NCBI GenBank assembly: GCA_030390025.1
Contig: CM059434.1
Location: 131,440,001-131,504,000, forward strand
Direction: 5' to 3'
DNA: 64,000 nucleotides
From: Squalus acanthias
Taxonomy: Eukaryota
Of the stretch, positions 1 to 11,798 are shown in pieces. The notes under the pieces are model-generated. The model was not told where the DNA came from. It saw nothing but the letters and a program-made list of their open reading frames with translations, and searched no databases. The translations under genes were made by a program, and so were the position numbers. Each line of letters opens with the position of its first letter. The stretch's first letter is position 1.

Positions 1-1227
1 GGCCCGGGCCTCCGCGCTGATGCCCTCCGGATCCGAGACCAGAGATCCGTCGTCGGCCAGCAGCCCCAAGAGCTGCTTACGGACCCCCCGTCTTTTTTCC
101 AGCGAGTAGAAGAAGGGGGAGCCGCGGTCCAGGTCCCGCAGGAACTGGATCCGCGACCTCACGTACGCGCCTCGGGACCCGACCAGCTGCAGGTCCTTCA
201 GCGCGCCCTTCTTCTCTTCGTACACCTTCCGCAGGGCCGGGTCCTCGACGACTTGACCGAGACGGGACTCCAGGTCGAGCACTTCTTTCTCCAATCGCCC
301 GACCCGGGCCTCCCGCCTCTTGGTCGACCCCTTCGCGTACTCCTGACAGAAGACGCGGACGTGAGCCTTGCCCACGTCCCACCATAGCCTCAAGGAGGGG
401 AAGCCTCCCCGCTTCCTTCTCCAGTCGGCCCAGAACCGGCGAAACGAATCCCGGAACCGCGCGTCCTCCAGCAGCAGGTTGTTAAAATGCCAGTACGCGG
501 ACCCCCCCCGCGCGCGCAGCGGAGCGAGCTCCGCCCACACCAGGTGGTGGTCCGTGCACGGCACCGGCCGCATGGAAGCCGCCGGAACGCAGGAGACGTA
601 CGCCCGGGAAATGTAAAGGCGGTCGATTCTGGACCTTCCTCCTCCAGACCTCACGCTCGTGAAGGCGCTGGAGTCGGGATGGAGATTTCGCCAGACGTCC
701 ACCAAGTCGAAGGACCCGACCAGGTCCCGCAACTTCTCCATCGCCGCCGGGCTTCGCGGGGGACCCGACCGGTCCCGCGCCTCGAGGGTACAATTGAAAT
801 CCCCCCCGAGGATGACGCACTCGCCCACGTCGATGGAGCCCAGAAGAGCGGACACTTCTCCGAAGAAGCGCACTTGCTGCGCACCGGTCCGGGGGGCGTA
901 CACGTTCACTAAATGGAGCGGCACGCCTCCCAGGCGAACAGTGACCTGGAGCAAGCGGCCCGGCACGTGCTCCTTGACCCTCAAGATCTCCGGCTGAAAA
1001 TGCGGGGCCAGCAAGACAGCCACCCCGCAGGAATTGTTGGAGAGGTGACTCATGCTGACCCCTCCTTGCCACTCCAGGAGCCACGTGGCCTCGTCTCCCG
1101 GAACGGTGTGGGTTTCTTGCAGGAAGCACACCGCATATTTCCCGTCCCGAAGGACCGAGAAGTTATTGAATCTACGGCGCGCCTCCCTGCTGCCGTTGAT
1201 GTTGAGGCTGGCTATGGTTATCTTCAT
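1..1227 (-). CDS. Tx1 ORF2 N-terminus, APE endonuclease (partial, open at the window edge)
   Basis: ATG at 1227. MKITIASLNING..FLQETH..VNVYAP..LGGDFNC..SRIDRLY..TDHHLV. Confidence 0.88.
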   Translation of the reverse strand, partial: MKITIASLNINGSREARRRFNNFSVLRDGKYAVCFLQETHTVPGDEATWLLEWQGGVSMSHLSNNSCGVAVLLAPHFQPEILRVKEHVPGRLLQVTVRLGGVPLHLVNVYAPRTGAQQVRFFGEVSALLGSIDVGECVILGGDFNCTLEARDRSGPPRSPAAMEKLRDLVGSFDLVDVWRNLHPDSSAFTSVRSGGGRSRIDRLYISRAYVSCVPAASMRPVPCTDHHLVWAELAPLRARGGSAYWHFNNLLLEDARFRDSFRRFWADWRRKRGGFPSLRLWWDVGKAHVRVFCQEYAKGSTKRREARVGRLEKEVLDLESRLGQVVEDPALRKVYEEKKGALKDLQLVGSRGAYVRSRIQFLRDLDRGSPFFYSLEKRRGVRKQLLGLLADDGSLVSDPEGISAEARA

Positions 1228-1252
1228 CTCAGAAGCATAGTGCAACCTCTAC

Positions 1253-3439
1253 CTAACGGAGGGGAGGGAGGGCGGTCACTGACGACCGCCACTCCCTCAG
1301 CAGCCCAGTGTGGAACGTCTTGAGCCGACGCAGCTCGAGCCGGCCAACGTCCTTGTCCGCGCCCATGATTTTAACGGCGGCGCGGACGGACACGACGAGC
1401 AGCGTCAGCTCCGACCACTTGTCGAGGGCCAGCCGGATCTTCTTGTGACGACCCTGGCTCACGGCCATAAAATCCCGGAGTTCCCCTACGGGGATGAGGG
1501 GAGAGTCGGTGAAGGGCACGAGGGCGTCCATCGCCTCGCTGCCGATGGACTCCAAATCGTCCTCGATGCCCCACACCGAGTCCCCGTCCTCCTCCGGGAG
1601 GTCGTCACCGGCGGCCAACCCGTCCGTCGCACAGGGTGCAGCGAACGGCTCGGCCGCACCGGCCGGCCCCGCCTCCGTCACGATCCCACCCCCAGGATCG
1701 GTGGCAGAGGAGTCCACCCTGGGCTCCTTCAGGGGCGCCGGGCCGGGAGGCGGCGGCGGCGGTTCGGGGCCCCCCCCCGCCTCAGGCGCCGGGGCGACCG
1801 GAGAAACCGGGGAGAAAATAATCCCAAATTCCTCCAGTACGTCCGGCGCCAACAACAGAGACGGAGTCAGGGGGCTTTCCGTCTCCCCGCCACCAACCTC
1901 CGACCCAGCGGGCTGGGGATTGCTACACTCCTCCACCAGGTCGAGCAGTCCCTGGGAGATATCTGGGTTATAAAAGGCGGGCTCGGCTTCAGCCTCTTTG
2001 GCCTCGCCCACCCCAGTCCCCAGGACGCCCGACCCGGCGAGGAGCAACGGTTCAGGTTCTACATTTTCTTCCGCGGGTTGTTCCGCGCCCCCCCCCACGG
2101 GCAGGGTCTCTTCCCCATCCCCGGGAGGCACAGGTCGGACAGACTCGGCTGTCTCACCCTCCCGAGGGACAGACGACCCCTGCCGATCGCGCGCGACGAT
2201 GACGGTGGTGGGGTGGGGCGCAGCACCCGCGGCGGGCGACTGCCCCCCTTTTGCGGAGGGACCTTCCTCCTCGCAGTCCTCCTGCTGGGGGCGGAGCTTT
2301 CTTTTTAACGTATTGGGGCCCGGAGAGGGGGAGGCCTCCATGTCTGCTGGGGCCTCCCTCTCTGCCCCTTTCCGACGACTGGGTTTCTTGGGCCCCTCGG
2401 GCCCGAGCCCGGCCGCAGGTCTTGATTCAGCTGCCTCAGCAGTTGCGGTCACGGTCACGGGCCCGGGCACGAGGACCCCCCCAGTCTCATGCGTCCCGAC
2501 CAACTCCGCGATATACTCGGGCGTGAGTTCGGCCAATTCAGATGTTTCCTCCGCGAGGGGATCCGCCCTTATGTGTTTATTTTTCCTACGCGCCTTCCTT
2601 CCCCCCGGACGCTCTCCCTCCTCCCCGCCGGAGGCCGTGGTGGAGTTGGCCTCCGATTTCGACCGCGCATCCGTCGCCGTCGACGCGCGGACAGTATCAG
2701 GGGGAGGGGGGGCGGCGGCGCCAACCCTGGCCGCGCCAGGTGTCGTGGCGGCCTTGGAGGCGGGGCAGTTTTTGCGGACGTGCCCCACCTCCTTACAGGC
2801 GTAGCACCGCGCGCCGTCCGAGGTCCAGAAGACGCGGTGGGCGGTCCCCCCGTGGAGCACCGTGAACGCGCCGTCCGCGTCCTCCTCCCGCGCCAGCCGG
2901 ACGAAAAGCTGGCGCCGGAAGGAGAAGACGTGCCGAAGGCTGGCTTCCCGGAAGCCGAGCGGGATGGGTGTGATCCCCGACCTCACCTCCCCCAGTTGAC
3001 GTAGGTGGGGGAGGAGGAGCTCACCCGGAACAAAGGGCGGGACGTTGGAGACCACAATCCTTTGCGCGGTGGCCTCAAGGGGGTCCACCGGCAGGAAGGT
3101 CCCGCCCACGGTGAGCCCCTTCTCGATGGCCAGGGACACCGCCCGCTCCGACCCCAGGAAGAACACAGCCTTGCCGTACATTTTAGAGGCGGCGACGATG
3201 GCTGAAGGGCCGACAACCCCAGCCATGGCTTTAACGCACGCCTCTATAGTCATGTTGGGGTGAGTGTAGCTCTTGACCCCATTCTTCCTCGTAAGGAGGG
3301 TAAAAGGTGACGGGGTAACAGGAGGACTCGTGGCTGCGGCCGTGGCCGCGGCTGCCACGCTCGCGTACGTCCTCGCTGCCCCCGCCACCGACGAAGATGT
3401 GGTCGCCATAATGGAGGGTTCTTTAAGGGCTACACTCAC
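1253..3439 (-). CDS. Tx1 ORF1 (gag-like, CCHC zinc knuckle)
   Basis: 728-aa ORF with LTRKNGV, ASKMYGKAVFFL, VSNVPPF and CYACKEVGHVRKNC. Confidence 0.88.
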   Translation of the reverse strand: MSVALKEPSIMATTSSSVAGAARTYASVAAAATAAATSPPVTPSPFTLLTRKNGVKSYTHPNMTIEACVKAMAGVVGPSAIVAASKMYGKAVFFLGSERAVSLAIEKGLTVGGTFLPVDPLEATAQRIVVSNVPPFVPGELLLPHLRQLGEVRSGITPIPLGFREASLRHVFSFRRQLFVRLAREEDADGAFTVLHGGTAHRVFWTSDGARCYACKEVGHVRKNCPASKAATTPGAARVGAAAPPPPDTVRASTATDARSKSEANSTTASGGEEGERPGGRKARRKNKHIRADPLAEETSELAELTPEYIAELVGTHETGGVLVPGPVTVTATAEAAESRPAAGLGPEGPKKPSRRKGAEREAPADMEASPSPGPNTLKRKLRPQQEDCEEEGPSAKGGQSPAAGAAPHPTTVIVARDRQGSSVPREGETAESVRPVPPGDGEETLPVGGGAEQPAEENVEPEPLLLAGSGVLGTGVGEAKEAEAEPAFYNPDISQGLLDLVEECSNPQPAGSEVGGGETESPLTPSLLLAPDVLEEFGIIFSPVSPVAPAPEAGGGPEPPPPPPGPAPLKEPRVDSSATDPGGGIVTEAGPAGAAEPFAAPCATDGLAAGDDLPEEDGDSVWGIEDDLESIGSEAMDALVPFTDSPLIPVGELRDFMAVSQGRHKKIRLALDKWSELTLLVVSVRAAVKIMGADKDVGRLELRRLKTFHTGLLREWRSSVTALPPLR

Positions 3440-4401
3440 CCCAAGTCACAGGCCTGAAGGTGTTAATGGCCTCGGTTTTTTTTTTGTTCTTGTTTTCCCC
3501 TGAGCAGAGGGAGCTCTTAAATTGAAGGCACACCTCTCCCTTTAGTTGATTGAGTTGGGAGAGGGGCCTTCTCCCCTCTGCTCAATGGGTACTTAATTAA
3601 AAAGATAATGAGGTGCCTCTTAGAGAGAGAGAGGCAGAGAGAGACAAGAGACAAAGAGAGAGAGAGAGAGAGGGGGGTGGGAAGGAGGGAAGCCGCAAGG
3701 GCAGGGTCGCCACTCAGGATGGTGGGTGGGTGGGTGTTGGCAGGGGGGTGCACTCTCCGATGTAATACAAGTCTTTGGTGGTGGTCTTCTGGTGGGGGGA
3801 GAAGATGTCTTCACCTGGGATAGCTGGAGATGCCCAGGCTCAGTCCTGCACCAGGTCTTAACGATGCCCAATTGGATTAAATTAATTGGGGAACTTCACC
3901 TAGGCAGCTCCAGCTGTCCCAGGTCAGGCAATGGGAAAGGGGTGTTTAATATGGTGTGTGCGGCCTAGCTTTTACAGAAGCCACACACACTCACACACAC
4001 ACCCCTTAGATGTTCCGGCCCTCTTCTTTTCTTCTTTCCTCCCCCCACCTACAAAACAAAGTCTCTGGGAGAGTGCCCCAGAATCACACCCACCTGTAGC
4101 TGTTCTTTCCTTCCTTCTTCCTCCTTCCAAACAGATGATGGTTGTTGTGTTGTTTTCTCCCCTCTCTCCCTCTCCTAAAATGGAGGCCAATTGAGGAGGC
4201 AGTGTGGAAAGGCCTCTCCTCTGTTGTTGATGGCCTTGGCCTTCCTTTCTTCTCCCTCTCCTCTCCTGTCCTCTCTCTCCAGGCACCTCAGTTGTGGATG
4301 TGTTGGTTGTTGGTGGTGGCCTGCTGTCTGGTCTCCTTCTCCTTCTCCTCTTCCTGCTCACAGAGACCACCACTCTGCTGCTGCTGCTGCTCCTCAGTCA
4401 G

Positions 4402-4508
4402 CAGCTCCGAAAGCTTGTGATTTCAAATAAAGCTGTTGGACTATAACCTGGTGTTGTGCGACTTCTCATTTTTGTCCACCCCAGTCCAACACCGGCATCT
4501 CCGCATCA
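4402..4508 (+). mobile_element. Penelope 3'-terminal fragment
   Basis: Closely matches 22319-22425. Flanked by a cagtcag duplication (4395-4401 and 4509-4515). Confidence 0.75.
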
Positions 4509-5074
4509 CAGTCAGTTATTAGCCCATGTATTCTCAATCAGTGACAATTGGGTCCAATAAAACACTTTCCAATCTCTGCTCTCTTTGTTTCCTTTTAGTT
4601 CTATCAGTTAGTTGTATTCCCAGAGGCATTGTTTTCTCTGTGAAGGATTTACTACCTTTTTTATAATTTCCCCAGTTTAACTTGCACCCCGGTTGCATGC
4701 TTTATATGGCATGTGCAGAACAATGATCATTCATTGCTAACTGGTTTCCACGTGGAAGGTCATTGGAAACATAAATTCCCCAATCAATAGGGTACTTACG
4801 CTGTGAAATAGTAGCCCCAATTTTCTGTAGCGAGGTTAATCCGTTTTTACATTGCAAATGCAGCAATTTCTTGACACTCGATGGCGAGCTCCGTTTTTTT
4901 GCCTGCAAAGCGTCGAGCAATTTGTGGTGATTCAGAACTCACGGCAAATCTCTTCCTCGCCACAAGTTGCTGGGTATTTTGCGCACTAATAATGACGTGC
5001 GCTGTGAACTCACCGCTATTTTTGCAGCAAATTCTGAACCATTGTCTTAGGGCGTGTGATCTCAGTACCCATAT

Positions 5075-5610
5075 TCATAGAGTCATAACGGCACAGAAGG
5101 AGGCCATTCGGCCCATCGAGTCCATGCCGGCTCTCTGCAGAGCAATCCAGTCAGTCCCATTCCCCCGCTCTATCCCCGTAGCCCTGCAAGTTTATTTCCC
5201 TCAAGTGCCTATCCAGTCTCCCCTTGAAAACATTGAGTGTCTCCGCTTCCATTGGCAGCGAATTCCAGGCCCTCACCACTCGCTGCATAAAAAAGTTTTT
5301 CCTCACATCCCCCCTGTATCTCTTGCCCAATACTTTAAATCTGTGTCCCCTAGTCCTTGTACCATCAACTAGTGGAAACAGCCATTCCCCGTCTAGCCTA
5401 TCCAAACCCGTCATAATCTTGTACACCTCTATCAAATCACCCCTCAACCTCCTTTGCTCCAATGAAAACAAATCCAGCTTCTCCAACCTGTCCTTGTAGC
5501 TAAGATCCCCCAACCCCGGAACCATTCTGGTAAATCTCCTCTGCACCCTCTCAAGGGCCTTCACATCCTTCCTAAAAGTGCGGTGACCAGAACTGGACGC
5601 AATGCTCCAG
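5075..5610 (-). mobile_element. CR1 LINE 3' fragment
   Basis: LERVQRRFTRMVPG..RRLRGDLIEVYK..TRGHRFK..FFMQRVV. Confidence 0.85.
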
Positions 5611-6547
5611 TTGCGGCGTGTGTATGTGAACTTTAACCTTTTTGTGGGTTTGGTGGGAAAACGGCAAGATGAAAAGCAGAGCAGGCGGGTGTCTTTTCTG
5701 ACCATTGAGTGCTCTACTTCCTTGGTCACTGAATGGTGGTAGATGTTTGTTCAGTAAATATGTACACGTGAAGTATTTACCTGTATTGTGTGTAAGTTGT
5801 TTTCTACTAAAATTAATGTAATGTGGCTAAAATGGTGTCGCTGTAGCCATCATACCTGTGGCTATTCAGCGATTTCTATTGGACAACACTGCCCTTACAT
5901 ACTTTAGTAAAGTAGTCAGTTTTCCAACAGGGCTCCCCTGTTCTTCTTTGAATAGTTATGGGATCCTTCACGTCTACCTGAGAGGGCAGACAGGGCTTCA
6001 GTTTAAAGTCTTATCCGAAAGACGGCACCTCCGACAGTGCAGTACCTCTTCAGTACTACACTGGACTTTCGGCCTAGATTTTGTACCAAGGGAAGATAAC
6101 AAATTTAAGAGTGGGAGCGGGAATAAATAAATGAATTACACCCACTGACTAACTTACCTTGCCTTTTGTGTTTGTTTCTTTAAATCAGGATGCCATTGCA
6201 CAACTCCTGGGAAGGATCCCCAGTATATAAAATGGATGCACTGGGTAGTATAGGTGAGGTGTATGTATAGAGTTCGAGCAGTGAGATACGGTTATATAAG
6301 ACCAGAGCTGGTATTGTGTCATATTAAGGACATGTGGCACTCAACCAAATGAGTCGAAATTTCACAATGTCTCAACAGACACAAGGCAGTAGTGACATTC
6401 CTTCAAGAAACATCCTTGGGGATGGAACCATGGGCAGGACAGGCGTTCTCGGCCTTGTTTAACACTGGGAGAAAAGGTCACAAAAACACAAAATGAATCG
6501 GAGAGCCAGAGCACTGATGTGCTACAGTCACTGTTTTCTTTAGTTCA

Positions 6548-6650
6548 TGATGCAGCGATGCCGGTGTTGGACTGGGGTGGACAAATGTGAGAAGTCGCAC
6601 AACTCCAGGTTATAGTCCAACTATAACCTCGTGTTGTGCGACTTCTCACA
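6548..6650. mobile_element. Mini Penelope insertion with internal inversion
   Basis: Reversed Penelope terminus joined to a forward copy. TSD ttctttagttca at 6536-6547 and 6651-6662. Confidence 0.75.
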
Positions 6651-9266
6651 TTCTTTAGTTCAGGTTGAATTATTTCACTGAAGGTGTATGCATTCAAAAC
6701 TAAACAGGTTCTATTGTTGGAGCTAGTGCCAGATAAAATTGGAGAGATGCAGCAGTTCCCCTAAGTATGGTGATGGGGAACAAGATGTGTAGATGCACAT
6801 TGAGGGTTGTTGGGCCTGACTCCGATTGATCTAATTGTGATTTCTGACCATATACACCACTCTAGCCACCTCATCAGGATGAGGGAGGTATCTTAAAAAG
6901 GGCAATAAATAACAATTTATTTTCAGATCCAGGTGTGATAGAAAGAAGAATTAGAAATGGAGTGGTTTCTATTAAAGGAAGTGGGGTCTGTGGAATCCAA
7001 CGCCCCTGACAGTGCTGGGATGAGGTCAGATATCACATCCGCCAAGGAAAGAGAGAAGGCGTGACCGTCAGTGGTTGCAACTGCTCGAGTCTCAACATAA
7101 ATCGTCTCATCAGTGGTATTAAGGGAACTAGTAAAAGCAAAATATACCCTTAACTCTTTACTGCCAGGCCAGAACAAAGAGGATGTGTTGCATGCCCAGA
7201 GGGATCCTGGTTCCAATGATTCGAGGTTGACCTATATTGGGGACAGTGATTTAACTTTATTCAGCACAAGTAAAACTTAATACCTTACTGTATTTGAGCA
7301 GCAGTTTACAGAGAATAATTGAGACTTATATTACCCCATTATCCTCTTGGTAGGAGCGTAACCATGTGTAAGCTGCACCCTGTGTCTCTTGTCTCTCGTC
7401 TCTCTTTGTCTCCTTGATTCTTCCTGAAATCTTCTACACTTTGTGGCTGTTAAGAACCCCTTCTTGTACCCTTACTCTCATTCAAAACCTATGGAGTCCT
7501 CCTGAGCCAATCACAGGCTGACACCCAAAATCCAATCATAAAGATGCCACGTCCACAACACCTTGGCTTACGCAGCTTCTAGTCTGAGGACACCCCGTTT
7601 TTCACCATCAAGACTCATATCTGGGGTAGTTATGGCAACACAAAAGGAACATGTCTCCATAGTGTCGAGATGTGGCGTCCTTGCTGGCTTGTGAAAGGCC
7701 TATGTTTTTAATTCACTGCAACATCATAACATTGCAACACAGTGGCAGCGACATCTGACCTTGTTTCCCAGGCGAGCTGCACTCTATGTCTCAACCTTAC
7801 TGTTGGCTAATATCCAACTTTCACCCACAGCCTTCCTATTCAGCTATTGCAGTCTTCTTTCTCAACCCAGGCTGTCTGGTTACAGCTTACTCACAGACTT
7901 TTAATTGTAAGCAAAAGAGTTAACTGTCATATATAATTCAGGTTATCACTGCATGCAATTGATGATTACAGATGTCGACATTTAATTCTTGCATACGATT
8001 ATAAATCCATTACTGACGATTATAAGATATTAAAACAAGTATTCTAAAAATCAGCTAATCCATGATAATCTTACCAGGAGTCCAAACAATACACAACCAA
8101 AGGACAAGGCAGCAAAACTGGCAAGACAATTGAAGTAGTGTAGGGTGTTTTTGCGTGCCCCGTGTTTCTATGACTCTCCCTTGAGTCGGCCCGTGCCACA
8201 AAAACTCCCCGGTTTGGGTTGTTTCCCTTGGATGGCAGGAGCTTATGCCAATAGCCCCTGCCCAGCCCGTCGATTAGCGGGTAATCCCACACAGAGAGAG
8301 AGACCAAGGCCAAATAGGTCTTCTCCTATGCCCGGTGCGCAGCGTCCCCAGCGGGATTACTGTGTAACCCGGCCGTGACCGGATGCCACCCGGTTGGTCT
8401 TCCGAATTATACCGCGAACCACAAGCCCCACAACCCCCAAGTTCGGACCCAAGGAGTTACTATGGACAGATTATAAATGATTCAGACAAAATGAAACGGT
8501 TCAGGGTGGTTGGTCAAAGATCGATTCTTTTATTACACTCACAAAAACGACAATCCCTACTCCTCTCGCTTATGGCAGAACGAGTAGGTGACCGTGGACA
8601 CTAGCTTATAACTTTAGACTAAAATACCCACCCTGTTGGTTACGCCGAACCAACCCCTTCCCAGAATCTAAGCCTAGATAATGGAAAAAACCCTTCTAAC
8701 TAAACCCCTCTCCCGGTTTGGTCAGAACCCACACTTGGAAGCCTCCTCACACACACACACCCGTGTTAGCCTGCGTCTTGGACACTGGCAGTTCCTTAGC
8801 AGTGTTAGGGAGAAATTATTTCACTCCAGTCTGTTGATAGGTAAAAGCAAAAACAGTTTATTTAATATTCAGAGATCCCTGGGAGAAGCATCACAGACCT
8901 TGCACGGCCTGGTGACTGCAGCTTCTCGACCTCCCGTTGTCAATGACAACCTTTTATTGAAGAGTTGTCCAATCACATAGTTACAAAATATCACATGATT
9001 ACAATTATGTCAATTCAAACGTTCTTGGAGAGTTGGCGGACGCGTAGTTATGCGGAAAACCCCCGTTACAGATGGTAGAGAAAAGCAGGCAAGCAAAAAG
9101 CGAAGCCCTGCATCCCCAAAGTTCAGCATGGTTATACCCCGTGCAATACACAAAACTAGCTGGGCGGTTCCTGGTTACCATGGTCGCAGAGATGCCAGTT
9201 GGTTTACCTGGTGATGTCTCTTGTCCTGGATTGGTCATCTTGAAGAAAACAATGTTAGGCCATTAT

Positions 9267-9363
9267 AACAACAGAAAACGCTGGAAAGACTCAGCAGGCC
9301 AGGCAGCATCCGTGGAGAGAGAAACAGAGTTAACGTTTCAGGTCGAAGATCTTTCGTCAGAAC
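9267..9363 (-). mobile_element. Hammerhead-bearing Penelope-like short element, family 2
   Basis: TSD tgttaggccattat at 9253-9266 and 9364-9377. Minus strand reads CTGACGA..GAAACGTT. Confidence 0.75.
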
Positions 9364-10270
9364 TGTTAGGCCATTATTGTGGATGAGCTGTACTTGAATT
9401 GCTAACTGTTTGTTAAGTTCTAGACTGCTCCTTCATTGAAAGAGTCCAGAGGTGTTACTTTTGGCCTCCAAACCTCATTGTCCATCCAGACATCCCAGCT
9501 CCATGGACAAAGGGTGGTTTTCCCCAAATCTCACAAGTTCAAATATGAAAAGGCTCCTGCCTTTCATGACGTCAGCGTTGAGACTGGTCCCATGGCAACC
9601 CAACAGACAGACAGTTCCTGCTATCTTCACAGAAACCAACAGGCAGTCCCTTTTAAAATCCAAAAATCCAAACACCTTTTTTGAAACGCAGCCCACATGC
9701 GTCTCCATTTTAAAAGGGTACATATCCATTTTTAAAAGTCCAAAAATCCTTGAGGCACCAGCCAAACCCTGCAGTGGGAGGGATAGGCAACGGGAGCAAT
9801 GCTTGCAGTCAGAAATAAGGAAGTAGCCAGTGGTGCAACTTGTAGGGATTGAGAAGTTTTGTGGATCTGATCAATTGTTGAGAATCACTCGTGACTGTTG
9901 AATACATGACATGAGTTGTATAAAACCATTTTTTACATAATAGGGTGTACCCAATAAGGCTTGACCTATTGAGTACTTATGAGATGTACAAAGATTCTAA
10001 AATTATCCACCCATGGTGTTCAAAAAGCATAGGATAAGGACATCCCAATTCTGATATTGCTTTATAGAAGATAGAAGCCCCAATGCACTTGCTGAACAAT
10101 CTCTCTTACATAGGATATATAGCACAGAAACAGGCCGTTCAGCCCAACCAGTCCACTCTGGACTGAAACAAATACACAGGGAAGGAAAACTAAAAGAAAG
10201 AACTTGTATTGACATAGAGCCTTTCTTGACCTCAGGATGTCCCAACGTACTTCGCAGCCAATGAAGTATA

Positions 10271-10638
10271 CTCTTTCTCTCTCCACGGATGCTGCCTGGC
10301 CTGCTGAGTTTTTCCAGCGTTTTCTGTTGTTATTTCAGATTTCCAGCATCCGCAGTATTTTGCTATCGTATTAGTGTTTGGTTCACTGCCACACTCTCGA
10401 CGGGATTTCCGTTTGGCTCTTCAAACTTGTTCATCTTCATTGATTTCAGTTTCCCTTCTCGTGTTTGCTTTTATCCCCTCCCCCTTTTCCCAGCTTTACT
10501 CTGGCCTTAAATCTATTTGATTTCCGGCTCTTCACAGTTCTGACGAAAGGTCATCGACCCGAAACGTTAACTCTCTTTCTCTCTCCACGGATGCTGCCTG
10601 GCCTGCTGAGTTTTTCCAGCGTTTTCTGTTGTTATTTT
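10271..10638 (+). mobile_element. Non-autonomous Penelope-like (retrozyme-like) element with ~65-bp terminal direct repeats
   Basis: Direct repeats at about 10271-10335 and 10573-10637. TSD tgaagtata. Internal hammerhead motif. Confidence 0.75.
10535..10572 (+). ncRNA. Minimal type I hammerhead ribozyme
   Basis: agtt-CTGACGA-aa-ggtc-atc-gacc-c-GAAA-cg-TT-aact. Stem I agtt/aact; palindromic AACGTT at stem III. Confidence 0.7.
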
Positions 10639-11711
10639 TGAAGTATAGTCACTGTTGTAAGGTAAGGAGATGCAGCAGCCAATTTGCAACTACACAAAGA
10701 TTGAGTAAAACTATGTACGAGGCAAGCAATACTACTTTTTAAATATGTGTACATCATTCCTTATGTGACCTATTAACGTGCCTCTTTTTATGTTAGAAAA
10801 TTTATTTTGGATATTAGAAACTTTAGTTACTGAAATTAAAAATGGTATTTGAAATTTATTTTCAGTAAAATTCTGAGTAATGCTAAAGGTTCATCTGGTT
10901 TCTTTTATTGTCAGCTTTTCCTGACTGGTTTATCAACAAACCATGGTAGGCAACAGCTAACATTGGATTTCTTATCATAAGCATTCACATAGGCAATTTC
11001 AATGTTAAAGGCTGACATTAAAAAAAGTGACAACAGGAAGTAAGATTCATGGACAAGAAGTGCATGCGTTTGCAAGATTTTAAATATATATATATATATA
11101 TAGTTTTCCATTTAATACAAGTTGCAAGGCATCACCTACCTTCTACCAAGTCTAAATAATGGAAAATATTCAAATCATTAATGATTATAATGTGTAGTAT
11201 GATAGCATTAATCAGTAATCAATATAGAGACTGGCTGCAGGGATCCTCCACAACTTCAACCCACTGTTAACTCTAAATCTGCTGAGATTGGCTCAACTCT
11301 TGGTGAAGAATTGATCTGTGGGACTAAATTGGACATCTCTTTCAAAGAGTCGGCACAGGCACGACGGGACGAATATCCTCCTTCTGTGCTGTAAGATTCT
11401 ATGATTCTATAACAACCCTGCTGAATGTGGTGCCTCAAAACAGCTACTTTCATCGTTATAAAGAGGTATTAAGAGGTACTGGATTCGATTGAAGCACTGC
11501 ATAACCAATGAAATTTGGTTTACTTGAATGTGCAAAAGGTTGTGAAATTTGACCCCAAAGCCCATGGTAAAGAGATAGTTCTTCTAATAGATGTGAGGCG
11601 CACAGGCTCAGCTGGGCTTTATCTTTGATAGTTTATAGGTCTGGGGCTGCCTTGCTGGAAATGAGAAAGAACAGACCTTCCTAACCACAACCATTCCCCG
11701 TTAACTGCACA

Positions 11712-11717
11712 TTTATT
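11712..11717 (-). promoter_or_regulatory. Candidate polyadenylation signal of the Ig-NLR gene
   Basis: First minus-strand AATAAA I found after the stop, about 80 nt downstream. Other candidates lie near 10800-10910. Confidence 0.35.
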
Positions 11718-11798
11718 TAATGACATGGTGATTTCTAACAATATAATGGAAACGAAGAATTGTCTGACTATAAATGCACATATACCTCTGAATCGCCA

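Larger units (their letters stand above)
1..4400 (-). mobile_element. Tx1-clade L1 non-LTR retrotransposon, 5' portion (continues off the window)
   Basis: ORF1 followed by an ORF2 APE endonuclease. GC- and CpG-rich, with uninterrupted frames. Long low-complexity 5' region; the exact 5' boundary is uncertain. Confidence 0.88.

Noticed and set aside
77-3503. Many overlapping plus-strand and alternate-frame ORFs
   Set aside because: Shadow ORFs of the GC-rich Tx1 coding sequence.
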